The position numbers and the translations under genes are program-made. A model generated the notes under the pieces. The model was not told the DNA's origin, ran no database searches, and saw only the letters and a program-made list of their open reading frames with translations. A stretch of 64,000 nt of DNA from a virus (taxonomy: Duplodnaviria; Caudoviricetes). Positions 8,577 to 17,669 of this stretch are shown here, in pieces (positions within the stretch are counted from its first letter, which is position 1; the number at the start of each line of letters is the position of its first letter). The stretch is taken from IMG/VR virus record IMGVR_UViG_3300024259_000011. One strand, 5' to 3'.

Positions 8577-10328
8577 CTATGAGCTTGAACCTGACTCGCC
8601 GAGCAAGCCACGAACGACAACTAGACCGTACATATCAGGACGCACCATCTTCTTAGCGTAGCGTGTCATGACACCCTTGCGTGGCACGAAGTCCTCGACA
8701 CCAAAGATGGTGGGAGTGACTTGCAGTGGCACATAAGGTGCGTACACATATCCGCTTTCGAGGAAGCTTCCGCCCTTGCGTCCAACCAGAACAAGATTCC
8801 GTGGGAAGTAAGGATCAACATAAACGTCCCACTTCTTGGAAATACTTCCTGTTTGAACAGCACCGACAGTACCCTTGGAATCTTCCATGGATACCTTAGC
8901 ACGGAATCCACTGGTGAACTCAAGGATGTTGGCAACTTCTGGTCCGCAGACAAGGAAGTTAGCACCACCACGCAGAGTCTTGCGATGGATCTGGGCTGAA
9001 ATGTCATTGATGGTTTCGATCAGAGTCTCATACCATTCGCTGACTGTGCCCGTGAAGTCTGGAGCCTTAGTAGCGGCGCCGAGTTCGGCACCGGTGGTTC
9101 GCTTCACGAACAGACCCGGGGAGCGTGACCAGTAATAAGTACCGGCGGTTGCGCCCTTGATAAGATCTTCAACGATCTCACGGTCGATCTCAAGAGCAAT
9201 CTGCTCAGAGAGAATTGAGGTAAGCTCGACCTCGGCATCCAGATTGTGATAGGCATTTAGATCCTGTCCCAATTCTGGAGTCCACTTAGCCTTGAGCTTC
9301 TTGGTTACGGCAGTGACACTGACGGAATCAACTTTGATGTCGATCTCGGCAATACCCTCGTTTGCTTCCAGTCCCCAATCATCAGTTCCGACGACAGCGC
9401 CGAGAGCCTGATTAGAACCTGCAGCGGCAGTACCAGTGAAATCATCAACCAATGGGTGATAAATAATGGTAGATGCGTCACCGGCTCCAACACCAACAAC
9501 GCTGCTGAACGAGCCTGTAGCGTGGATAACAACTTCCAGAATAGATCCGGATGCCTTGGTGAGACGACGTACCGGTGTTGATCCAGAAGGATCAGACCGT
9601 GAGGCGCCATCGGCGCCAATATCGACGTTGAGAGCAACGGGGTTCTGGTTACTGCCGTCAAGACCCATCACCTGACGCTGGGCGTCGGTAAGGGTAATGT
9701 GCAGAACCTGCGCGTATGAACCTGATGCGAGATCAGGATCGAAACGAAGGTACTTATCAGTGCCGGCAGAATTGCCAACCATGAATACACCTTCACCGGA
9801 ATCCGCTACCGTCGTATAAGCAAGCGTGAGCGAGCCAGTCGGAGAAGAAGATCCGTTGTTTAGGGCGTAGAAAGATTTCTCGCCGTGACGACTTGTGCCG
9901 TCATCATCGACGGAAACACCGCCGGTGATCTCTTGACCCACCACATTGCCACCGTAAAGTGACTCGGCTGCTGCAGCGTTAAGCTTAGCATTCGTGTGTT
10001 GGAAGTCGAGGAAAAAGATAAGTCCACTTGGTAGACTCATCGGTTGAACTGACACTAGGTCGTTCGCGATGAGGGCACCGAATACGCGACGAACGATGGG
10101 GAATGCAACAGCGGCAAATCCTTCAACGTCACCACCAGCCATGGTGGATGCCTCACGAAGTAGTTCTCTAGCTTGGTTCTCAAGTAGTCGAGCCATGGTA
10201 TCACGCTTCCGACTATTCTCAAGACCTTCTAGAAGACCTGTGCGCTCCCACTTATCCATAAGTGCGGCGCCTTCCTTCGACACATCGCGAGTAACGATAC
10301 CTTCAGTCAATTTGTTAATAATAGACAT
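8577..10328 (-). CDS. gp23: Major capsid protein (T4 gp23-like, HK97 fold)
   Basis: FPIVRRVFGALIANDLVSVQPMSLPSGLIFFLD, KLKAKWTPELGQDLNAYHNLDAEVELTSILSEQIALEIDREI and GYVYAPYVPLQ...PRKGVMTRY are hallmark gp23 motifs; AAGGAG SD. Confidence 0.97.
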   Translation of the reverse strand: MSIINKLTEGIVTRDVSKEGAALMDKWERTGLLEGLENSRKRDTMARLLENQARELLREASTMAGGDVEGFAAVAFPIVRRVFGALIANDLVSVQPMSLPSGLIFFLDFQHTNAKLNAAAAESLYGGNVVGQEITGGVSVDDDGTSRHGEKSFYALNNGSSSPTGSLTLAYTTVADSGEGVFMVGNSAGTDKYLRFDPDLASGSYAQVLHITLTDAQRQVMGLDGSNQNPVALNVDIGADGASRSDPSGSTPVRRLTKASGSILEVVIHATGSFSSVVGVGAGDASTIIYHPLVDDFTGTAAAGSNQALGAVVGTDDWGLEANEGIAEIDIKVDSVSVTAVTKKLKAKWTPELGQDLNAYHNLDAEVELTSILSEQIALEIDREIVEDLIKGATAGTYYWSRSPGLFVKRTTGAELGAATKAPDFTGTVSEWYETLIETINDISAQIHRKTLRGGANFLVCGPEVANILEFTSGFRAKVSMEDSKGTVGAVQTGSISKKWDVYVDPYFPRNLVLVGRKGGSFLESGYVYAPYVPLQVTPTIFGVEDFVPRKGVMTRYAKKMVRPDMYGLVVVRGLLGESGSSS

Positions 10329-10354
10329 TGTATAAAATACTCCTTGTTTTTGTC

Positions 10355-11380
10355 TTAGTTAATGCCAGCTAGTTTCTTCATGCGATTTACTGCATGTTCG
10401 GAACCAACTGACCTCTTGTTTTTGCGTCTTGGTAAAGTGGTAGACTTTCTATTAATAGCTTCGCTCAGTGATTCTGGAGCACGCTTTCTTGAAGCGGTTC
10501 CCACTGTGCTCTGAAGGGTTTCATAAATAACCTTCACTTCCTCGACAGTTCGTGACTTAGACAGTGCTTCGACAATTTTACTTTTTTGTCGCTCATTCAA
10601 GGAGACACTATTCAACACACGATTAGTATAAACGAGCCTTGCATTTGAGAGATTGACTTCCTGTAGGTTGTCTTTCATCTTCAAAGCAATACTCTTTAAT
10701 TGTTCATAATCCTTAGCAAGTCTCTTCTTCTCGTTGGAGAGAGAGTTAACTTGCTCTTCTAATTCTTTTGTAGCCTTACGCAGTTCTTTATTTTCCTCAG
10801 CAACATTGGAGTCTTGCTCCTGTGCGAGTGCCTGCAGTTCGGCTTCCTCAATTTCTGTACTAGTGGCATCACCCGGGTGACCTGTAGGTACGGGCTTGAC
10901 ATCAACCTTAACATCTTCAGTTAGTTCCTGAAGGATTTCCGCCAATTGCTCATCTGTTAAATCAATCTCATCTGATTCCTCAGACTCTTCTAGAGCCATC
11001 ATCGCGTCTTCGCGGGGCTCTGCAGCACCGCCACCAAGTCCGCCCATTTCCTCTTCGGCGGCGACCTGTGCGGCTAACTGATCCAAATCAAGCTCAATCT
11101 TCTCTTCCTCATCAGGACATGGGCAAAGCTTTTCACCCTCTGCATATGCAGGGGTAGCGCCCAAATCATCCATGGGGGTTTCTTCTTCGGGGCTTTCGAC
11201 TCCCGGCTCTTCAGGGAAAAGACCCAACTCTTCATCTTCAGGTGCTTCGTTCAAAAGAGCGTCAACAGCGCCTTTGATTTCCGGAGCGTATTTCTCAAGA
11301 ATTTGAGTTTCGGCGTTCTTAAGCGCAGCCTCTTTTAAAGCTGCTGCATCGACAATCGCCTGTTCAAGCATGTTAGACAT
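10355..11380 (-). CDS. Prohead scaffolding/core protein (T4 gp22-like position)
   Basis: Highly acidic with a long coiled coil; immediately upstream of MCP; EVNLSNARLVYTNRVL and AVNRMKKLAGI motifs. Confidence 0.7.
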   Translation of the reverse strand: MSNMLEQAIVDAAALKEAALKNAETQILEKYAPEIKGAVDALLNEAPEDEELGLFPEEPGVESPEEETPMDDLGATPAYAEGEKLCPCPDEEEKIELDLDQLAAQVAAEEEMGGLGGGAAEPREDAMMALEESEESDEIDLTDEQLAEILQELTEDVKVDVKPVPTGHPGDATSTEIEEAELQALAQEQDSNVAEENKELRKATKELEEQVNSLSNEKKRLAKDYEQLKSIALKMKDNLQEVNLSNARLVYTNRVLNSVSLNERQKSKIVEALSKSRTVEEVKVIYETLQSTVGTASRKRAPESLSEAINRKSTTLPRRKNKRSVGSEHAVNRMKKLAGIN

Positions 11381-11429
11381 TAATGATCCTCTGTTTTGGA
11401 ATAGGAAATATAATACGGTTTTCCAATAA

Positions 11430-11438
11430 TAAGTAGTT
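11430..11438 (-). promoter_or_regulatory. Putative late-promoter motif AACTACTTA upstream of scaffold-MCP
   Basis: Intergenic copy in the context GAACTACTTATTATT. Confidence 0.6.
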
Positions 11439-11481
11439 CGTTCATTAGCAAAGTGCCAATTTTATGTAGCCACGTCAAGGG

Positions 11482-14400
11482 CTATCCACAGTGATAGGTG
11501 CAAGGAACAAGCGCAGATTTGAACCCTAACTCAGAATCAACGTCAACGGTAGAAAAGTCAATCGGCGTCGTAGCCTTTGCAACAGTATAGTTATGTAACA
11601 AGTCATCATCTTGTAGCATGCCATGCCCAGCCCTATCGCTTGAGCAAATATAATCGCCAGTTTCAATGTTACCGTTTTGATCTGTGACAAGTACCTGACC
11701 TTCCCCGAGGGCATTATACACATGCTGGTCTTCGCCCATATAGGAATCTTCTGCAGGGACATTAAACCCGCGATAAACGCCAACTACAGCTTTATCTTTA
11801 GCAGCGGTTGTCACCTGAGTGGAAACCCATGCGTTGGACAAGCCGCCATCGAAAGCCAGTTGTCCCGTAGAGGCAATAATTACACCCTCTTGTAAGGCAG
11901 AGCCTGATGGAAGGGGTGTTGGATGCTGCCCTGTGAACGTGCTGTAAGCCACCTCTGAGTTAATCGTACCCACGGTGGCGCCGGTAGTTGAATCAAAAAA
12001 CTTAATCCAGTAGTTACTGACGCCGAACGTTGAGTCAGCAGAACGGATGTTAACAATAGTATCGGAGGTCGCCAGACTGGTATCGGTATTCGAGATACGC
12101 AACGTACCTTCGCTGCGTGCAATAGGATCTACAATGTGGAACTTGGCATCTGGCGACGTGGTGCCAACACCAACAAACGGGTATGCACTGTTTGCCACAG
12201 AGCCGTCAATACACAGACCGTCGTACAGGGATGTAGAGGCGTCACGACCGACTTGGAACCTCATTTTGGTGCCGAGAGAAGCGCCAATGTTCCAGTATGT
12301 CTCTGCAGTTTCGACAATCATCGTGGCTGCGAGGGCTGAGTTGGCTTCGCCGTCGTCTTCTGTACCATAGAAGCGCAGGGCACCAATATTATCGCCCGAT
12401 GCCATCGAGTCACCTCTACCATAGAAGTCAACACTAGACTGACCGGCATCTGATACAAGCTTGAGTTGGGCAGCGTCGGCGGTATGGATTGTAACGTCCG
12501 CAGTGATCTCAGCTAGATAATCGATGTTATCGTCGGTGCCGAAGGAAATCATGGTGTTGCCGACAGGATTCCTAATATTGCCGCCGCCTAAATATAGATC
12601 GCCATCAACCTTTAGATTTCCGCTCTCATAAATCGTGCCGCCGCCGGAACCAGAGCCTGCGAAGAAGTGTACTGCGTTTGTAGTTGTCTCATCCAGCGTC
12701 AGCATTGTGATGCCGCCACAAACAAGGTCAATCTGATCAGTGGTAAAGTTCATCCCTGTGTTTGTATCACCATTATGGGTGACACCGTTGGAGGCATAAA
12801 GTGTATTGGCGGTGATATCAGCGTTGGAGACTGTAACATCACCGTAGAAAGTCGCTTCTTTTGCAGAGTCGATCATGAGCGCTGTACTCAAAGATGTGGC
12901 ACCGTCTGCAGTTGTAAAGAACAATAACCTTCCCGCAGTACTGGAACCGTCAGACCATGACGCTTCATCAACTTCAGCCATAATACCGGCTGCGGGATAG
13001 TAAGTTCCATCCTCGGTTTCCGCGCCTTTGAACTGAATGATTCCCAAGTTGTCGCCATCGGCAAACGAACCGTCAGTATAACGTCGGAAATCCAGTTGCG
13101 CATCATCTGCAGAAGTTCCGTCGCGACTGGCAAGAATCAGTGTTCCCTGATCAGTGGTGCCGGGTCTAATAAGAATCGAACCTTCGCTGTGATCGTATGT
13201 AACGGTGTCTCCACCGAGATGAATGTCACCGGTGCCGCCATCAACTTTGAACGAGCCAGAAGCTACCGATGTCTCTACTCGGAAGTTTACGTCTGCTCCA
13301 GCTTCATTGAATGTTGCGTGACCGTTGGCGGTGATTCCGCCGGCAAGTGTAGAAGAACCTGAAACCTTGAGTAGACCAGATGTTCTGAACTCCGTAGATG
13401 TATAGTGATTGTCGGAACCGGACATGTCTGGTGTAGTACCATCAGACCATGCAACCTTCCCGCCGAGAGCATCCCATGAAAGGACTTGTCCATCGGTCGG
13501 AGTGTCGTCACCAATCTTAGTAACCTTTCCGTTCTTGCCCAAGGTGATCGCAGTGTCAGCACCAGCGCCATCATTAACCTGTAGGTTCACGGTGCCGGCA
13601 TTTGTGTCAACATTAAAGACAATGCCGGCGCCATCCATTGTCAGTGTGCCGCCGAGGTGGGCGCCGCCGAGAGCACTCAAAGTGCTTGAGGCTGAGAGAG
13701 TGGTGCTTGTGAGCCCTGCTTCATGGGCAGTAGCGCTAGTAAAGTTTGAAGGACCGCTGACCTCAAATGAGCCGGTAACTTGATGGGTGTCAGCGGGATT
13801 ATTTCCAAGAACCGCGTTGCCGGTAGCAGTGAGCAAACCATAAACAAAAAGCGGACCCTCTGCATTAACGACACTAGTGAAGTTTGAAGGACCGCTGACC
13901 TCAAATGAGCCTGTTACCTGATGGGTGTCACCGCTGGCGTTACCAAGGACCGCGCCGCCGGTAGCGGTGAGCAGACCGTCAATCTGGGCTGTGCTAGCAG
14001 CGGTCAAAGCACCATCAACGTTAAACGCAGCTTCGGCATGAACCTCATCTGTAAAGTGAGCAGGTCCGCTTACTTCAAGAGAGCCTGTTACCTGATGTGT
14101 ATCACCCGAAGCGGCGCCATGGATCGTGGCACCCTGAACAGTTAGGCTCTTCAAAGTCACCAATCCTGCAGAATTGATCTCTAGATCATTGACCGATTCA
14201 AACGCCGCATCAGTATTAATAGCAAAGACATCTCCGCTATCATCGATGCCCATGATGCTCTTAAGGGTGGAGTGTCCGAAGGTGATAGTTCTGTCTGTGC
14301 CATCGGCGTCGGCGCCAACAGTAATATCGCCGCCGCCAACAGATAAGGCGCCGCCTAAGGTTACTAATCCTGCAGCGTTGATCTCCAAGTCATTGACCGA

Positions 14401-16800
14401 TTCAAACGCCGCATCAGTATTAATAGCAAAGACATCTCCGCTATCGTCAACGCCTATAACACTCTTGAGAGTGGAGTGCCCAAAGGTGATAGTTCTGTCT
14501 GCGCCATCAGCATCACCGCCGATCACCGCGTTGCTGGTAGCAGTGAGCAAGCCATCAACGTTAAGCGCAGCTTCGGCATGAACCTCATCTGTAAAGTGAG
14601 CAGGTCCGCTTACTTCAAGAGAGCCTGTAACCTGATGTGTGTCCTCGGCGGTTGAACCAAGCACGCTTGAGCCAGAAGTGTTGAGCGCCCACGTATACAT
14701 GTGAGAGGTAAAGATGCTGCTCTGGGTATCGACACCGCCTGAACCGGTAATCGTATTATAGAATGTAACAACGTCTGTTGGTCCATTACCTAATCTTGCG
14801 TGCCCGTCTGCGCTGAAGATACCTTCTGCGTGAACTTCGCTAGAAAAGTGTGCTGGTCCGCTGACTTCAAATGAGCCTGTTACCTGATGGCTAGTAGCAC
14901 CAACATCGCCCAAGATGGTTGAACCTGAAACGTATAGATAACCGGAAGTCTCAAATCCTGTTGGCGAGTATATTCTTGGCGTAGCGCCATCACTGGAAGA
15001 AGCGTAGTTTGACCTGTCAACTGTGACGCCGTATGCGGTACCAGAGACATAAAGATCATTTGTATAAAGATGCTCGACCTTCACATCATGGGAAGCAGTC
15101 ATGCCGCCAGTGAGTGTGATTGCCGGTGTTGAGCCAGAGTTAGATATCGACAACGTAGTAAGACCGGGACGTGCTCCGTCACCGATGTTGTGGATGGAAA
15201 GGGAGCCAGAGAATTCAGCATTGTTGCCTACAAACTTGGCTGCATGAATCTCGCCTGAACCAGATACTGGTCCGAGAGTACCTGAAATGTGTACCATTTC
15301 TGCGGGACCGCTGCCTGATGCTGCAGCTTGAACATGGAAAACCTTATCGTTTGTGTCACCGTCTACAATGAAGTCAACGTCTGCGTTGCCGCTGTTGATC
15401 TTAACGAAGTCTTGGGTGCCGTCTTCGGTCATGTTGATCATTCTTACGTTACCGGCGCGAATGTCAATTGAATCGTCGGCGAAGATGATTTTAGTATCAG
15501 AGTCGCCGATGTGACTGATGGTAGCCGCGACGAGAAGTTCGCCAGAAACAACAGCGTCGGTGCTTACTTCAAGAGAGCCTGTGATTTCCACGGCGCCATC
15601 GCTGCCGATCTCGACGCGCTTGGAGAGGCTTGTGCTTCCGTCTGGAGTTGTCCAGAAACTGAGGTTTCCTGCCGCGCTGCTGCCATCAGTCCAAGCGGCT
15701 TCGTCAACTCGGGCGGCGATTGCTGCACCAGCATAATATGTTCCGGTTTCAGTCTCCGCGCCTCTGAAGTAGATTTCTCCTAAGTAATCACCTTCAGCAA
15801 GCGTGCCATCGGTGTAGTGTTGGAAGTCCATCTGCGGAGCGTCTGCCGCTGTGGTGTCGCGACTTTGAAGGACGAGCCTACCTTTATTAGATGTGCCCGG
15901 GCGGATACGAAGCACTCCGTCGCCGTCGAAGCTGAAAGCATCTCCTTGGATATGTACCATATCGGAACCGGCATCCACAAAAATCGAGCCCGTCTGGTTG
16001 TCACTCTCTACTCGGAAGTCTACGTCAGCGCCACCCTCGTTGAAGACGGTAATATCTTGTGAGCCATCTTCTGTGATTTTGATGAAGTCAACGCCGCCTG
16101 CTTGAATATTAATATCATCGGCTTGGAATCGAATGAATGTGTTTAGATCGCCTTGGTGGTAAATATATTCTGAAGCTTGAACGGCTGCTGAGAATACGGC
16201 AGTGTTGCTTACTTCAAATGAGCCTGTAATCTGGTGGGTCGTATTGGCGTCGGCACCTTTGATACTTGAACCGGATACACGCAAGTCATTGAGAATGGCT
16301 TTATTAACGTGGACATCGCCATCGCCGGTCACGTTGCCCCCAGCAGCATCAGCCGCACCGGTGATAGTATGGTGGAACGTCATGTAATCGCCAAAGCTGG
16401 ATGAGCTTTGAACGTGCAGCGCCTCAGAACCTGATATTTCGCGGGACACCCAGAGACTACCGCTTGTCATGTGCTGGTCGTCGTTTGAGTTACCGAAAGT
16501 CGTCGAGCCGGAATGGGCAATCTGCGTGGAGGTGATCTCTCGAATCGTATAGTTGTCCGCATAGATCGTACCGGACACGTATAAGGCACCGGTAACAGTG
16601 AGAACACTGCCGGAACCGGGACCACCTTGGTTTGTTAAATCGTTTGGTTGAAAAGTAAGGTCGTTAGAACCGGAGAACTTTCCCGGGATAAGACTGTCCG
16701 CGCCGTAGCGGAACTGTACTGAAGTCTCAGGACCATCGGCAGATGCGGATGCGCGCTGTGGGTCGATATACGCCCAGCCATAATCATCGGGTGGAGCCAC
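11482..16800 (-). CDS. Large repeat-rich fibre protein (1772 aa) with a putative C-terminal intramolecular chaperone domain
   Basis: GTG start with a GGGG SD; six HQ[IV]TGS[FL]EVS repeats and several duplicated modules; C-terminal FTGQH...ALGEGQVLV...GDYICSS...LHNYTVAKAT...CTYHCG domain. Confidence 0.75.
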   Translation of the reverse strand: MAPPDDYGWAYIDPQRASASADGPETSVQFRYGADSLIPGKFSGSNDLTFQPNDLTNQGGPGSGSVLTVTGALYVSGTIYADNYTIREITSTQIAHSGSTTFGNSNDDQHMTSGSLWVSREISGSEALHVQSSSSFGDYMTFHHTITGAADAAGGNVTGDGDVHVNKAILNDLRVSGSSIKGADANTTHQITGSFEVSNTAVFSAAVQASEYIYHQGDLNTFIRFQADDINIQAGGVDFIKITEDGSQDITVFNEGGADVDFRVESDNQTGSIFVDAGSDMVHIQGDAFSFDGDGVLRIRPGTSNKGRLVLQSRDTTAADAPQMDFQHYTDGTLAEGDYLGEIYFRGAETETGTYYAGAAIAARVDEAAWTDGSSAAGNLSFWTTPDGSTSLSKRVEIGSDGAVEITGSLEVSTDAVVSGELLVAATISHIGDSDTKIIFADDSIDIRAGNVRMINMTEDGTQDFVKINSGNADVDFIVDGDTNDKVFHVQAAASGSGPAEMVHISGTLGPVSGSGEIHAAKFVGNNAEFSGSLSIHNIGDGARPGLTTLSISNSGSTPAITLTGGMTASHDVKVEHLYTNDLYVSGTAYGVTVDRSNYASSSDGATPRIYSPTGFETSGYLYVSGSTILGDVGATSHQVTGSFEVSGPAHFSSEVHAEGIFSADGHARLGNGPTDVVTFYNTITGSGGVDTQSSIFTSHMYTWALNTSGSSVLGSTAEDTHQVTGSLEVSGPAHFTDEVHAEAALNVDGLLTATSNAVIGGDADGADRTITFGHSTLKSVIGVDDSGDVFAINTDAAFESVNDLEINAAGLVTLGGALSVGGGDITVGADADGTDRTITFGHSTLKSIMGIDDSGDVFAINTDAAFESVNDLEINSAGLVTLKSLTVQGATIHGAASGDTHQVTGSLEVSGPAHFTDEVHAEAAFNVDGALTAASTAQIDGLLTATGGAVLGNASGDTHQVTGSFEVSGPSNFTSVVNAEGPLFVYGLLTATGNAVLGNNPADTHQVTGSFEVSGPSNFTSATAHEAGLTSTTLSASSTLSALGGAHLGGTLTMDGAGIVFNVDTNAGTVNLQVNDGAGADTAITLGKNGKVTKIGDDTPTDGQVLSWDALGGKVAWSDGTTPDMSGSDNHYTSTEFRTSGLLKVSGSSTLAGGITANGHATFNEAGADVNFRVETSVASGSFKVDGGTGDIHLGGDTVTYDHSEGSILIRPGTTDQGTLILASRDGTSADDAQLDFRRYTDGSFADGDNLGIIQFKGAETEDGTYYPAAGIMAEVDEASWSDGSSTAGRLLFFTTADGATSLSTALMIDSAKEATFYGDVTVSNADITANTLYASNGVTHNGDTNTGMNFTTDQIDLVCGGITMLTLDETTTNAVHFFAGSGSGGGTIYESGNLKVDGDLYLGGGNIRNPVGNTMISFGTDDNIDYLAEITADVTIHTADAAQLKLVSDAGQSSVDFYGRGDSMASGDNIGALRFYGTEDDGEANSALAATMIVETAETYWNIGASLGTKMRFQVGRDASTSLYDGLCIDGSVANSAYPFVGVGTTSPDAKFHIVDPIARSEGTLRISNTDTSLATSDTIVNIRSADSTFGVSNYWIKFFDSTTGATVGTINSEVAYSTFTGQHPTPLPSGSALQEGVIIASTGQLAFDGGLSNAWVSTQVTTAAKDKAVVGVYRGFNVPAEDSYMGEDQHVYNALGEGQVLVTDQNGNIETGDYICSSDRAGHGMLQDDDLLHNYTVAKATTPIDFSTVDVDSELGFKSALVPCTYHCG
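13742..13911. repeat. 32-bp exact direct repeat (13742-13773 / 13880-13911)
   Basis: AAGTTTGAAGGACCGCTGACCTCAAATGAGCC twice, 138 nt (46 codons) apart. Confidence 0.9.
14012..14640. repeat. 89-bp direct repeat with 2 mismatches (14012-14100 / 14552-14640)
   Basis: Copies are 540 nt (180 codons) apart and encode DTHQVTGSLEVSGPAHFTDEVHAEAA[FL]NVDG. Confidence 0.9.
14186..14445. repeat. 56-bp exact core (14186-14241 / 14390-14445) of a tandem 68-codon duplication
   Basis: Encodes DSGDVFAINTDAAFESVND twice, 204 nt apart. Confidence 0.9.
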
Positions 16801-17167
16801 TAGTGTTTCCCCCCTTCGCTCTCTGTCGGCGTAACTTGCTTTGGCGCTTGAGGCGAGCTTCTTTCTTACGCTCTGCCTTCTTCCTTAGCCTTTCAGCCTC
16901 GCGGATAGAGGCGGCACGTTTAATTCTTTTCGCTTCGGAGGGTTTCGTATAATATTGTCTTTCGCGGATCTCTTCAACAATGCGTTCTTTTTTACACTTG
17001 CGTATAAATCTCTTGATTGCTTTTTCGATTGGTTCGTTTTTTCGAGGCACAACAGTAACGTTCGCCTGCACGGGCGGACCCGGCGCATACTCTCGCTCTC
17101 GTTGGCGATTATTATTACGTCTCCGACCATTGTTTTTATTGTAATTGTTGTTTCTACGAAACGCCAT
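16784..17167 (-). CDS. rpsU: Phage-encoded ribosomal protein bS21 with basic N- and C-terminal extensions
   Basis: Core VTVVPRKNEPIEKAIKRFIRKCKKERIVEEIRERQYYTKPSEAKR matches the bS21 pattern (E.IE.A.KRF.RK......E.R.R.YY.KPS). 127 aa versus about 60-70 aa for typical bS21. Confidence 0.88.
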   Translation of the reverse strand: MAFRRNNNYNKNNGRRRNNNRQREREYAPGPPVQANVTVVPRKNEPIEKAIKRFIRKCKKERIVEEIRERQYYTKPSEAKRIKRAASIREAERLRKKAERKKEARLKRQSKLRRQRAKGGNTSGSTR

Positions 17168-17178
17168 CTGTGTACCTA

Positions 17179-17634
17179 CTATGCATCAGTGCCGGCAGGT
17201 GCCTCAGTCAAACCAGAGCCGGTTAGAGCATACATTCTGCCAACTGGAATTCCCGTGAGTTCTGCGAACACCCTATAATGTGCCGTACTGCTTCCCGGGT
17301 TAGAAACATAAATCTCAGTACACTTGCAGTTTAATTCTAGGACCGCTTGTGAACCAGATACTGGGTGAACCTCAAGCATGTGTTGACCGCCATAGCCGCT
17401 AGCCAAGCCGCCGGCGACATCGCCAGCAGAACCGGTAGAGTTGAAATGCACGTTCAATGTTTGTGCCGAGTAATTGTAAATTGTAACTTTTTTTGCAACC
17501 CACGGAAACTGATAACATACCTCGTTATCTGCTGGGTGCGAGTCTGAGCCTGAAACCCAAGGATCACCGGAGACTCTGTATGAGCCAACGTTGTGAAGTC
17601 CTACTCCGTAGTTGAATGAGCTATTGTCTGCCAT
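17179..17634 (-). CDS. Hypothetical, probably virion beta-rich protein (151 aa)
   Basis: ORF with AGGA SD and a late-motif variant just upstream; no recognised family. Confidence 0.75.
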   Translation of the reverse strand: MADNSSFNYGVGLHNVGSYRVSGDPWVSGSDSHPADNEVCYQFPWVAKKVTIYNYSAQTLNVHFNSTGSAGDVAGGLASGYGGQHMLEVHPVSGSQAVLELNCKCTEIYVSNPGSSTAHYRVFAELTGIPVGRMYALTGSGLTEAPAGTDA

Positions 17635-17656
17635 TTTTTATATTCCTTTCCTTCGA

Positions 17657-17664
17657 TAAATAGT
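17657..17664 (-). promoter_or_regulatory. Variant late-promoter motif ACTATTTA
   Basis: Intergenic 8/9 match, 22 nt upstream of the ATG at 17634. Confidence 0.5.
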
Positions 17665-17669
17665 ATTGA

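Noticed and set aside
11473-11478. TTGACG as a sigma70 -35 upstream of the scaffold gene
   Set aside because: No -10-like hexamer at 16-18 nt spacing (CACTTT at 17 nt).
13742-14640. Fibre repeats as a diversity-generating retroelement TR/VR pair or a CRISPR array
   Set aside because: The repeats are in-frame coding duplications; the mismatches I checked are not adenine-specific; no reverse transcriptase, spacers or cas genes are in the window.
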